From the NCBI GenBank assembly GCA_051362555.1, contig CM120648.1, positions 3,282,587 to 3,346,586 of the forward strand: a DNA stretch of 64,000 nt. The letters are read 5' to 3'. Each line of letters begins with the position of its first letter. The first letter of the stretch is position 1. Below, one piece after another: positions 11,670-24,900 of the stretch. The notes beneath the pieces are model-generated. The model did no database searches. It was not told where the DNA came from and worked only from the letters and a program-made list of their open reading frames with translations. Position numbers and translations under genes: made by a program. The DNA comes from Lingula anatina. Taxonomy: Eukaryota; Animalia; Brachiopoda.

Positions 11670-13560
11670 ATATATTTTATTTTAATTTTACATAAAATTC
11701 AACTAGCCTGAAATATTTTACCAGTGAGACATGTACATTGCAAAATAGTTATTTTACATTACATTGTACATGAATTACCCAGTAGGTGATAATTCAATGC
11801 TACTTTACTTGATTGGTACACATTTAAATATATTTAACCATCTAACACACAATTTCCCTTTACACAGTGGACCAGAATTTTTACAAATAATATAATTTCA
11901 TAAATTTTCCCAAAGATGTCATGTTAATTTTCTTTCAGTGATACCAGGTATCAATCCATATTTGCATTTGAATAAACTTGTTTTACTTGTATTCTGATAA
12001 GTAGATACTGTATTATCTATAAGCTACACATATATAAAAAAACCTGCACAGTAAAAATAAAACAATGTATTGTTAACTTAGTTGCACATACACTTTTAAC
12101 TAACTTCATGTGGTTAAAACCTTAATTGATTTTACAAACTGCATTTCTATGTACTGATAACCAATAACTATTTATATTAGCAAGAGCACATATTTTTCAT
12201 CCCTTAGAAGTATCCCAGATGTTGTGGTGTTCATTGCCACACAGCATTTGGAAATGATGGGCACTTTTGTTATGATAATTGCACGGCAAAAGGAATAATC
12301 CTGGTCCCATTCATGCTATTCAAGCCTAGAATAAATAATAGAGTTTTTAAAAGAATATCATAAAAAAATTCTAACTACATTTATCAATTGCTCACACACA
12401 TACACACTGAAATTAATCATAATTTATTGCAATCTTTGTAATAGGTAAACTGTAACAATCAATCTTAAACAGCACTATATTTACAATCTTTACCTTAAAC
12501 TGCACTATTTATACTTAATTCATAACAGTGATTATTAAAAAAACATTTGAAACTGAACTTTGGGCAAAGTTGCACACCCATCATAATTCAAAAACCCAAT
12601 TTGAATCAAGGCATGAAAAAATTAGAAAACACATGCAAGTCAGAGCACCACATCACTATCATATGCCCTCATCATTGAAGAGCCTGTTTCATTTAATGTA
12701 CATACACACATACATATATTATTCACCTTTTTTAAACTTGCATTTTTATGACATTCTTCTCCTCAAAACCCCCAACCAATGCAATAAAACTTATTTTGTG
12801 TTTACCCCGCCCCCAGCAAAAAAGACATAATTTACAATTCATATATTTCAAAACATGCCTAGGTTAGTTTACAATACTGTATCTTTCACAACTACTGGTA
12901 CCAATGCCCCCCCCCCCCCCCCTCCCCACCGCTTTGCAAACAAGTACTGGTACACCACGATATGCACATACGTATACGTGTATGCAGGTTGGATGACAAT
13001 GTTATTTCGCAATCCACTTCATCCTTTTCACATTAAAACACGAAGAAATTGCATGAGAAGCCAAGATTCAAACATTTCACTTATACGGTGACATTCATTC
13101 CATGCATGAGACCAGAAAGCCACTGCCATCACTCGATCAACTAAATGATAGGTACCCGGCACGGTGAATATACAGCTTGTTGGAAATGTTGAAATTCTAC
13201 AAATTACAGGCCATCGCACATCTTAAAAATTTGATATGTTCAAAAAATATTGCCAAACTATGAAAAAACAGGAACAGATAAAGAAAAAAACCCTTAAGCT
13301 GCATTTGGCACAGTTCAAAAGTCAATGTTTACAATGACGTTTTGTGTGCGGCCATTTTGCTAATCGCCAGTAACTTTAGAGAATACTCAGTGAAATCGAC
13401 ACACGAAGACTTATTCGGTGTATAAAATGTAACTTCAGCATATACTGTATTGTCCCGTCAAATTCATTAGTATTTAAATCTACTGTTCATTCCACAAACA
13501 CATGTACAACTTACCTGTCTCTATGCCTTCGTCTCCCGCCAAATTTTTTTGGGGCTACCA
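11670..13560 (-). ncRNA. Possible spliced non-coding transcript divergent from CDK11
   Basis: Strong donor ACAG|GTAAGT at 13515 just downstream of an E2F-like TTTGGCGGGA, a candidate acceptor at 12326, and AATAAA at ~11680. No convincing ORF. Confidence 0.3.
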
Positions 13561-14085
13561 CTCCACGTTTTGAAAACGAGGCCAAATCTAATATTTTCCA
13601 AAATAACCGTCAAATCAGCCAGTGGCTCCCGGGCTGATAACTACAGTTACTTAATAAGAAATAATAATAATAATAATAATAATAAAGGCCCCACATCACT
13701 TTTCGACAAACTAAGAAACATTAAGAAAATCCCAGTATTTTTAAAAAGAGAAGGGATCTTACTCCTGATTTTAATTAATTATTTTAAAGAAAGACTGTCC
13801 ATTTTACTTTAATATTATACAAATAGCAAGACACACTAGAACTCTTACAGCCAGTGGTCAAATTTAACTAATGCAAAAAAATACAAAAAAGATGCACACA
13901 ACATATGGTCAGTTTTGAGAGTTTTGAGACTGGTGGTACCAATTTTATGGTCCAATTTTACTAACAAATCAATTGTTGCTCATAAAAACTCTTATCACTG
14001 GAAAAGAAATTTAAAGACACCTTCGTTTAAAGAATATTTCGATACGTTTCTGTCCTTTTAGCCTTTATTAATTTTATAGTACTTT

Positions 14086-14137
14086 TTATAATAGGCCCTT
14101 TTTATAATAGGCCCTAATAATAATAATAATAATAATA

Positions 14138-14185
<48 letters not shown>

Positions 14186-14231
14186 TGTTGATATTGGTCA
14201 TGGATGCTAAAAAGTCATGAGTTCGAAGAGG

Positions 14232-14274
<43 letters not shown>

Positions 14275-14296
14275 GGCCCTAATAATAATAATAATA

Positions 14297-14341
<45 letters not shown>
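14086..14341. repeat. (AAT)n/(ATT)n head-to-head microsatellite blocks with repeated aataggccc
   Basis: Two (AAT)n-(ATT)n palindromic tracts at ~14116-14185 and ~14280-14341, plus an (AAT)n run at ~14235-14274. Confidence 0.9.
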
Positions 14342-15321
14342 GAGCTACATCCTCCGGTTGTTCGTTTGTAAAATTAATCTTTGAAATCCCCAGAATCAGC
14401 GCCGCTTCTGATCAGACGACTGTGCTCTGCCTCCCGATTGTGTTTACAAACATCTACAGCAATCACAAACCCGAAAATCAGGGCTAAAATAGTGCTGGCT
14501 AACATCATACTTCTATGCTTACATGAAATGGAGCTTTTTATCCGAAAAAAAAAGGCATTCAAATATTTTTCAGTTTCATTTATTCCATACGTAGATTTCA
14601 CAATGCAGAAATCACTAAGGTGAGTGATTATAAGAAATAGAAATACCGCCCTCCTCATTATGAACAGCGCCATCTATCCACTTTTTCACGCCAGTGGAGG
14701 TGGCCATATTGCAACGACTGTAACACGCACCTGTTGTTAAGTTGGTTGAAATGATACATACAATACTGCCAAGTCGTGTATGACGACATCTAGATATTTT
14801 GAGAAAAAGACTCGTACCCTTGGGTATTGGAGGTACCCAGGCATACATGTAACTTACAGCTGGGTTGTTGAACACTCGTGAAACTAATAACGACCGGCTT
14901 CTTGTTGAAAGAGGAACTGTTGTAGTGCTTTTGTTGGGGTTATTACAACGGGTGAGTAATATCAAGTCCAAATATGTATGCTTTTGTTATACCTTATTTG
15001 GGGGGTGGGGCTGGATAGTTTAAATGCTAAGGAGTGGGGTATAGCTGTACCCTCTCTAACTCTTCTTGCCTCAGTTTTCGGCCTTACGTGAAAATGTTTT
15101 TCGTATCATTCCACCCATTGTTTCAAACTCTTGAGGCTATTATCCACATCTCATAATGCGCCCAGGAAGGAAGAGGGGTACAAGATCTTACCCACAGCTT
15201 GTGAGCCAAAAGTGTGGCAACTGCCCCCCAACCCGCACCCCTTTTCCCGTTACCCCATTTACTAGTAGTTGGACCTGCCATTGATGAAGTAATTATGCTT
15301 TCAGGCATTCTCTGACATAAA

Positions 15322-18300
15322 ATGTCTGACTCAGAGCAGGAGCAAGGAGAGTTGTCAGCGTCCCCAGACAACAGTCCTAACAGGCGTGTGGTGATACAGG
15401 ATGAGGAGTCTGCCATTTCCCAGCATTCCTCAGCCTCTGCTGGCAGCGACAGGGAAGATACAAGGAAGGAGGGAAGTGTAGAGAAGGAGGAGAGGTACGG
15501 AGTGAAAAATAATAAGTGGGGAGTGAGTGATGGTTGAAGAAGGGCAGAGAATATTAGAGATTGAGGGGGGAATGTGAGTGCGCGTGTGTGTGTGTGAGAG
15601 AGAGAGAAATATAGGAAAAGAGAGAAAAAAGCTTTCAGGAATGAGGGTAAGAAGAATGACTAAAGGACAAGTAAAGGAGAGTGAGTGAGATAAAGAAAAA
15701 AAAGAAAAGAAAGACAGATGTAGCAACATGTATTTCAAATACCCAAGTGATAACAATTTTAAAAGAGAAGGTAATGTAAAATACTGAAGCATTTTCCATT
15801 ACTTTTCAGACACGAGGAGCAGGAATCTCTTGACATCAAACCCCCACAGTCTCAGGCAGGCAAGAAAGAAAAACACAAACATAAACGTAAACACAGAGAA
15901 GACAGAGACAGGGGCAAGGACTACAGTAAGTAAACATAAATATAGTAAAGCAAAGAGAAGACAGAGGCAGACTACATTACTTCAGAGCTAGAACAGTTTT
16001 CGCCCTGTTTCTCTTAATGAGACTGCAAAAGGATTTGCCATATGTTAACAGAAATATTGAAAGCCAATTTTCAGTCTTTTTACCATATTTATTTAATTTG
16101 AAATTTTTCAGTTTGATTTACTTTGTCATTTAGTTTTTTATTTTTGTTCATATATTTTCCTATGTTTTTATCTTTTGGTGAAACAATGTATATTTCTTGC
16201 TTCTTCAAGGAAAGAGAGGCAGAGAGGGAGAGAAGGAGCGTGGAGAGAGAGGCAGGGAGGGAGAGAAGGAACGAGGGGAAAGAGGACGGGAGCAGAGGCA
16301 GGAGAAAGGCCCGGACCAGAGAGAGAGGGAACGCATGAGGATCAAAGAGGAAAATATCAGGAGGGAGGAGTCTAAACGGGAAAGGTCAGTCGGTGGATGA
16401 TATACATAATTAGGAATTAATTTTTGGGAAAAAAACTTAATAGATAACTTAATTGTTTATATATATCAAATACAGTAGGGACTATTATTTACAATTCTGT
16501 AATAATGATAATGTCTGTTTTGAGAAATGATGACAAGATTTCAACCTTATATGTGTTCATTTGTCAATTTGGAAACAAGAATACATAGTTTAATTAGTTC
16601 TGTCATTAAGTCAACATTATCATTTGACATTAATTGCATAAACTTACTTAGATTTGGCCCTCAAACTCTCTTATCTGTAATCGTCAGACACATTAAAAAA
16701 AAATACAAAGTTTTCAAAAAAAAAAGTTTTATTCATTAAAATGCAGTTTTCTCTTTGTACCCCCAGGGAGAGGTTGGAAAACATGGAGCGAGAAAAGCGA
16801 CGTGAACGTGACATGAAGGAGAGGATGGCCAGGGAGAGAGAGCGAGATCTAGAACGCAGGCACAGAAAGGGGGAGCCACGGTCAAGAAAAGCAGGCGAAG
16901 GTTACTTTTGTATATATATATATATAAAGCTTTGTGTTTCTGACCTCGGTCAGTGACAACATGATTTTTATCCAAATTTCCAGAAATTTTTAATCAAACA
17001 GAAGACAACTTAGGAAAAAAGAAGTGGTATTTGTATTTTGCATTATCTCATTCAGATTAAAGTATGTAGGGAATTTGGATAAAGCGTTCTCTCCCAGCTT
17101 ATTGCACCCAGCTCCATGTTTCATTCAACACCTTAATGAAAAGAATTGTAAGTACCCTGTCAATTTATTTCAGATTCAAGTGAGCGCAGACGAGAAGAGA
17201 GGAGGTCAGACAAATCACGCCCTGACCGCAGTCGCAGCAGACACACAGACAGACAGGACAGAGAGGACAGTCGCACGCGGGGTAGTAACCAGCGCGGGAA
17301 CACGAGGGAAGAGGGTGGGTATACTGAAGTGTGCCTTAGCTCTTTCAACACCCTTAATGTGAGACTCTACACCTAAAAATTGGGAATTTTGGACCTAGCT
17401 GAGACACCTCAAAATGTTTACCAAATGTCTGGGTATGATGAAAAATATTAAAATTAACAATTTTAAAATATGCAAATTAGGTTAATTATGCAAATTAGGC
17501 TAATTATGCGTATTTTTGGGGAAAAATTAAAATCATTATATCTCAAAAACCATAATACCTTTTTTAATTCTGTTTTTTTATTTTTGCAGAAAACGACTTA
17601 AAATAAATAATTAGCCTAATTTGCATAATTAACCTAATTTGCATATGATAATGAGCTTTAAAAATTGTTAATTTTAATATTTTTCATCATACCCAGACAT
17701 TTGGTAAACATTTTGAGGTGTCTCAGCTAGGTCCAAAAATCCCAATTTTTAGGTGTAGAGCCTCACCTTAATGTGTTAAAATTTATCTTACAGAGTTACC
17801 CTTATTGAAAAACAGCCCAGTTGTGAACTTAAAAAAAATATGGCAATAATTTATGTTTAAAGTTGTGTGGGGTTACAAGGTTTATTACAAATTACATAGA
17901 CTTTAGAAACAGTATTTCATATACTATATATGTAAATACCTTAAAATGTATAGCAGCACACTGTAGGGTACCTTAACACCTTATGTAGAATTTCGTTCAA
18001 TTAAGAACCATCTATGAATTTAGATTATCAACTTATGCCTTAGATGATTTTTAAAGACACGTAACTGCTTCTAAATCTAATTTGTTTTCTGTATGTTAAA
18101 AGATTAAGGGTAAAAAATTACAAAGTTGGCTTCACATTCCAGAAAAACGACCGTCCCCAATCCTGCCACCAGAGGTCACCCCTGAGCACGCTGAGGAGGC
18201 AATGGAAACACAAGAAGTGACAAATGACAGGCAGTCTCCAGAATCTAGCGAAGAGTCTGAAAAAGAGGCCACGGAGCAAAGTGAAAGCGAGGCAGAGGAG

Positions 18301-21300
18301 CAACAAGTGGCAGAGGAGAGTGGGAGCGGTGAGTCGGAGTCCGAGTCTGGTAGTAGCAGCAGTGGAGAATCTGAAGACAGTGACTCAGCAGAGGAGGAGG
18401 AGGAGGAGGAACAGAAACCTAAGCCAGGTGTGCATATCTAACATTATTGTCAAACACTGGAATAGAATTTTTCTCTGGTTGCAGTATTTGATGAAATTTT
18501 GGTCAAATTTAAGAAAGTATACTTACTTAATTTATTTGAATATCAGTTAATTTTTGCAAATTCATTTGAATACTAATTCATTTTTCGGTTTGTCACCTTT
18601 CTTGTGTAATTTTCTATCAGCATTGTCAAATGCAGTATGTGTTTCACGATTTTTAAAAAAGAAATATGAAATTTGAAATGTTAATAAGTAAAGAAAAACA
18701 AATGTGATTTGAAAAAGAAAATTTACTTTTTGCCTTGATGAAAGTTGGCACTATCTGAGTTGATAGTTTGAAAAAGTACAATGTCTCCTCTTTGTTCATT
18801 TCAGAAAAAGTACGCTCTAAATTCGATGACCAGTCCTCTCCAGAAGAGAGTGAGACTGAGTCAGTCCCTGAGCCATCGGAGGCAGCGTATGCCGAAGGGG
18901 TCCTTGACGACACCCCACCTCAGTCCCCCGTGGAACTAAAAAAGGAGCTCCCGTCCTATTATCCCGCGATCCAAGGCTGTCGCAGTGTGGAGGAATTTCA
19001 CTGTCTAAACAGGATAGAGGAGGGAACCTACGGGGTGGTGTACAGGGCCAGGGATAAGAAAAAAGGTACACTGAATTTAACTTTATTGAGGAAATTTTGT
19101 TTAATTGAAGAAAAAAGTGGATTTAAAAACGTATCCAGGGTGTTTTGAGTTTGTAACGCAATATAGATTCCTTGATGGTTGGAACTGCTGCTGAAATTTC
19201 ATAAAGTTAAAGAAAAAAGTGGATTTTAAAACATCATTTTTTTTTAGTTTGAAACACAATTTGGTATTCAAGGGTAGATTCTTCAAAAGTAGGAGATTGA
19301 TCAAAATTCCTGAGTACCCCATAATATGATCCCTATGTATTGCAGTACCTATAAAAAATTGTTTTTTTTTTTTTTCCAGATGAAATTGTAGCACTGAAGA
19401 GGTTAAAGATGGAGAAAGAAAAGGAAGGATTCCCCATTACCTCGATAAGAGAGATTAACACCATTTTGAAGGCGCAACATATGAACATAGTCACAGTTAG
19501 GGTAAGTCCGCTACACCATTGTTCCTGTACAGTATAACACATGAATATAATAACTGTAACTCTCACCTTTGCCGAAGCCTACTTTACAACTCTCACACAC
19601 ATACACCAATACTTTCCCTTCAACTTAAATGCGCTGCGGCTCACTCCCACTGGTGGTACAATATCAGTATCAGTTTGAAAGTGAAAAATACAGCATAATA
19701 TCTGATTATGTGAAATGGTTATCTGTAGTAAGGAAATAATAATTTTTGCAGGAAATTGTTGTTGGAAGTAACATGGACAAGATCTATATTGTGATGGATT
19801 ATGTGGAGCATGACTTGAAGAGTCTGATGGAGTCCATGAAACAGCCGTTTATCATGGGTGAGATTCATTTATCAATTACTTGTTTGTACATGGCTCTAAT
19901 CGATATTGAATGAACCTTTATGGAACCAGCTCAATACATGTTAAAGAGATAATTATAAAATTTGATTTTATAGATTATTTTATGTTCAAACCCTATTTAT
20001 TTGAACAAGATTTGACCAAGAGAGCTAGTTTTGGTCATGTGCTGAAGTTAATTTCATGAAAATTAGAATGATAATAATCATGACTATACTTCTTCTTTGA
20101 ACACTGATTCTCAATGTTACAGGAGAGGTGAAAACTTTGATGCTTCAGTTGCTAAGGGGTGTGTCTCATCTCCATGACAACTGGATTATCCATAGAGACC
20201 TAAAAACCTCAAACCTTTTGCTGAGTCACAAAGGGATCCTAAAGGTAAACTTTATAGACAAGTCCAAATATTTGTTATTTTAGACTATTCTCCACTATTT
20301 CCCCATATGGTTAACTTAATTTATAAACTGCATATATCAGGCCTATGCTAGGGAAAACATTCTTTGCTGGCATAGGCGTATGTTGTTCAATAGCACCCTA
20401 GTGTTAGCGCTTAAATTATTTTAAAATGTATAATTTTGGTAGGAGCTTGAATTAAATGATTGACCGTAACTTAAAGTTTAGAAAATATCAGCTATTTCTT
20501 ATTTGGAAATTCTATTTCCAGATTGGTGATTTCGGATTGGCGCGGGAGTATGGTTCTCCCCTCAGGGCATATACTAGTGTTGTTGTCACATTGTGGTATC
20601 GCGCTCCAGAGCTTCTGCTTGGAATTAAGGTGTGTATATGATGTTGTTATTGCTATTGTCAGGTTGTGGGATTGCTGTCCAGATCTTCTGCTTGGGTTAA
20701 TATTGTCGCTGTTTAGGAGACGTTACTGTATTGTTGTCTGTAATTACTGCTTAGAATTGTAAGGTGTGTATGAGGCTGTTACTGTTACATTCCTGATTTT
20801 AAAATTTTCGAATTTATAAGTCAGATAATTTAATGTAGTTTATCATAAATTTACAGCAGTATTCCTCACCCATAGAGATGTATTCAGTTAGCTGTATATT
20901 CTTTGCTAATATTTGCTCTTTACAGTAGTATTCAATGTCCATACGGAAATAGGCTGTTGTACTTTGTAAATATTTTATATTTCCAGCAATATTCCACTCC
21001 CATAGATATGTGATCATTTGGTTGTATATTCTTTGTTAATATTTTATATTTCCAGCAATTCCACTCCCATAGATATGTGGTGGTTTGGTTTATGTTCTTT
21101 GTTAATATTTTATATTTCCAGCCATATTCCACTCCCATAGATATGTGGTCGTTTGGTTTTATGTTCTTTGTTAATATTTTATATTTCCAGCAATATTCCA
21201 CTCCCATAGATATGTGATCATTTGGTTGTATATTCTTTGTTAATATTTTATATTTCCAGCAATTCCACTCCCATAGATATGTGGTGGTTTGGTTTATGTT

Positions 21301-23539
21301 CTTTGTTAATATTTTATATTTCCAGCCATATTCCACTCCCATAGATATGTGGTCGTTTGGTTTTATGTTCTTTGTTAATATTTTATATTTCCAGCAATAT
21401 TCCACTCCCATAGATATGTGATCATTTGGTTGTATATTCTTTGTTAATATTTTATATTTCCAGCAATTCCACTCCCATAGATATGTGGTGGTTTGGTTTA
21501 TGTTCTTTGTTAATATTTTATATTTCCAGCCATATTCCACTCCCATAGATATGTGGTCGTTTGGTTTTATGTTCTTTGTTAATATTTTATATTTCCAGCA
21601 ATATTCCACTCCCATAGATATGTGGTCGTTTGGTTGTATATTCTTTGTTAATATTTTATATTTCCAGCAATATTCCACTCCCATAGATATGTGGTCATTT
21701 GGTTGTATATTCTTTGTTAATATTTTATATTTCCAGCAATATTCCACTCCCATAGATATGTGGTCATTTGGTTGTATATTCTTTGTTAATATTTTATATT
21801 TCCAGCAATATTCCACTCCCATAGATATGTGGTCATTTGGTTGTATATTCTTTGTTAATATTTTATATTTCCAGCAATATTCCACTCCCATAGATATGTG
21901 GTCATTTGGTTGTATATTCTTTGTTAATATTTTATATTTCCAGCAATATTCCACTCCCATAGACATGTGGTCGGTTGGTTGTATATTCTTTGTTAACATT
22001 TTATATTTCCAGCAATATTCCACTCCTATAGATATGTGGTCAGTTGGTTGTATATTTGGGGAGTTGCTGACAATGAAACCCATTTTTCCTGGGAAGTCTG
22101 AAACTGATGAACTGCAGAGGATATTCAAGGTAAAGTTGAGGGATTTTATTGAAATAACACATTTCAATAAAATAAGTGTTCTGTTTGAAACTGTTGTTTA
22201 ATTATTACAGAGAATTGTGAGTAACTTTAGAGAGGTTGTACCCTAGACTATTTAGAGATTTTTCTATACAATTATGTATGTATGTCTGCCTGCATGTGTG
22301 TGTACATGCATGTGTGTGTCATCATGAATATGTTTATACATAATCTATGGCTGATTTACATTTTTAAACCAAAAACCTGGGTATATAAAAAGTACATATA
22401 GATGAATAATTGATAGTTTGATTGATTTGCTTGTTTTTCAGGATCTTGGCACTCCAAATGAGAGAGTATGGGAAGGTGTGACAGAACTACCTCACTGGAA
22501 GAAATACACCTTTGCCAACTACCCATTCAACTCAATAAAAAACAGATTTGGGAGTTATCTCTCAGAGACTGGTTTTCATCTTCTCAACAAGTAGGTCAAG
22601 GTCAAGGTTGTAAATTGTTGAATATAAGCAACTTGACTTTGTTGTTGAAAAGAATGAGAAAGATCTCACTTTGAAAAATGAGTTCAGATTATCATGAAAA
22701 GTTTGCTAGTTGGCTCCACATCCATTAAAAAAGTGACTCAAAAAAAAACTGATTATAATGAACTGAAATGGGTTTATAGAAATTAGGTTTGTAGATCTTT
22801 ATTTATTTATTTATTTATTAATATTATTTTGTCTGTGGGTTTGAGTAATATTATATTCTAACTTGGGAGTTCCCGGAAAAAAAAGTGCAGTGTTTTTTTT
22901 AACCCCATTACTTTTTTGTTCTCGGTAGATTCCTGGCGTATGACCCAAAGAAGAGGATCACAGCGGAGGAGGCGTTGAAGCACGAGTTCTTTCAGGAGTC
23001 TCCCCAGCCTGTGGACCCTTCGATGTTTCCAACATGGCCAGCCAAGAGTGAGCAACCACGTCGCCATGGAAACACGCCCAAGCCGCCATCTGGTGGCAAA
23101 GCCTATGACCTACTTGTGAGTTTACATAGCTTTCAGGTCCTAGTTTGAAAATAACTTGAGTGGGTTCCTTGGCTTACGTCTTTGTTACCAAGGTTACATG
23201 ATCACATGCACACATCTTACCCTATCAGGAATAGTGTTACAGCACTCTCATGGACACGTGCACACATCCAAGAAATTTTTTATGAAACCAGAAAAACAGA
23301 ATTTTTCAGTAGTGAGCAACTATTTTAGGTTTAAACTTGATGCAACTATTTAAACAACTTGTTAAGAGGCCATTTTATTTAACTGATTGAATATTTATTT
23401 ATTTATGTAATTTTTATATTTTAATTTTTTTAATTTTTTTCTTGTCAACCAGGGAGATGATGACGATACAGGGTTCCAGTTCACACATGCTACCAAAGGT
23501 GCCTCAGCTCAGGGTCCAGGATTTAGTCTAAAATTCTAA
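15322..23539 (+). CDS. CDK11: Cyclin-dependent kinase 11 (PITSLRE family)
   Basis: Exons 15322-15494, 15810-15925, 16210-16384, 16767-16900, 17174-17314, 18143-18427, 18805-19065, 19380-19501, 19752-19857, 20123-20244, 20522-20629, 22013-22129, 22442-22590, 22929-23115, 23453-23539. The N-terminus is RE-rich and acidic. Motifs: [74 protein letters not shown], and C-terminal GPGFSLKF*. A 5' UTR donor is probably at ~14619. Confidence 0.96.
17358..17767. mobile_element. TTAA-flanked palindromic non-autonomous DNA transposon (Kolobok/piggyBac-type target) in a CDK11 intron
   Basis: Near-perfect inverted arms of ~150 bp (gtgagactctacacctaaaaattggg... / ...cccaatttttaggtgtagagcctcac), with TTAA at 17354-17357 and 17768-17771. 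Confidence 0.9.
20836..22050 (+). repeat. 69-bp tandem repeat made from the CDK11 intron/exon acceptor junction
   Basis: Unit ttaatattttatatttccag|caatattccactcccatagatatgtggtcatttggttgtatattctttg. There are 15 near-identical copies before the true acceptor (22012/22013) plus 2 diverged copies, and a 204-bp (69+66+69) higher-order repeat occurs three times. Confidence 0.95.
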
Positions 23540-23825
23540 AGATTCATAGCCAAGGATTTAGTCTTAAATTCTAGAGACTCAAAGCCAAGGATTTAATCTA
23601 AAATTTTTTTAAGACTCAAAGCCAAGTATTTAGTCTAAAGTTCTTAAGTCTCAAAGCCAAGGATTTAGTCTAAAATTTCTTGAGACCCAAAGCCCCAGAC
23701 TTAGTCTGAAATGATAAAGACTGAAGGCCCAGGATTTAGTCTGAATTTCTGAAGACACTACCAGGGATTTAGTCTAGAATTCTAAAGACCTGAGGCCTGG
23801 GATTTAATCTAGAATTTGAGAGACT
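23513..23825 (+). repeat. Degenerate ~35-40-bp tandem repeat of the CDK11 stop-codon region in the 3' UTR
   Basis: About 9 copies of ccaggatttagtctaaaattctaaagac; the first copy encodes PGFSLKF*. Confidence 0.85.
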
Positions 23826-24900
23826 CGTGATTTAACAGAAAATGCTAGACCATGTCTTTGTGTCAAAGATTAAGCTGGAAGTTCAAGGCTCATGGGATAG
23901 GAAGTCTGTAGTCTGATACACATGTTTAATGGTCCAAGGCTCATGAATCGACCTCCTAGTAAATCCTTCTTCAGGGGCCCAGGATTTGACCTTCAAGTTT
24001 TAGATAAATGCACTCAGAAGAGAATTTGTAATTGTAACCTAGCGACAAGTTAAAGTGACTCAGTTATGACATTTGACAATGACATTTAACATTCTGCTTC
24101 ATAATTGTCGAGGTTCAGACTGAAATGTTTTAAGGTCGCGGCTCATATATTGTTGCTAAAAGACGAGCAGCACAGTTTGCCGTCAGCTTATTGCAAATAT
24201 AAAATAAATGCATCCTGTGAGCAAAAATGGATAGGGGAAAAGATTTTTTTTCTTCCTCTTTTTGTTATCAGCAGGTTCCATCAGATGGTATTTTTTTTTT
24301 AACAGGAAATGAGTAAATTGTAAGAAATTACGACATTTTTAGTATCGTAACATTTGTATTTCCATATTGAAAACAAATTTATATTTCAATAAATTAATTT
24401 AAATTGAACCTGTTTTTCCTTTTGCTGCTTAATTAGACAAGTTATTTGAAGCAGAACAAGGAGGATATTAATGTCTAAGTTGCAATATCTCCGATTGTTG
24501 CATTTGAGCACTTTAAATTAAACCTTTCCTATACTGAGGAGTTAAAATTAAAACTGATAACATCTGGATGCCTTTAAAATTTCATTTGGAAATGTGGACT
24601 GAAATATTGATATACGTTTTAGCAAATAAAAATGTAAATGACATTATTTACCCATCCGATTGCACAATGGTCCTGAAAAGTCCGAAAAAAACAAAACAAG
24701 GCATAGCAACGAGATAAGGGACAGCCGCGCAGAAATGATTGTGTCGTCATAGTGTAAAGTGACGTCAGCATGCGCGTGATGTGTTCTGTGACGAAATGCA
24801 CAACGTTAGCTACAAGATTTGTTATTCACAGGAAGCGACGTGGGGGTTCGTTTCCTCTCATTGATTTTATTTTTATATAATTTTATTTATTTATTTTGCA

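Noticed and set aside
12985-13222. 7SK or U17/SNORA73 RNA on the minus strand (starts GATGTGCGAT, contains TCCAAC)
   Set aside because: The diagnostic motifs (paired GATC stem for 7SK; ATATTCCTA and AAACCAT for U17) were not found.
20932-22167. 411-aa minus-strand repeat ORF, and a CRISPR-like look of the array
   Set aside because: It is the antisense reading of the 69-bp CDK11 acceptor repeat. There are no unique spacers and no cas genes, and the context is eukaryotic.
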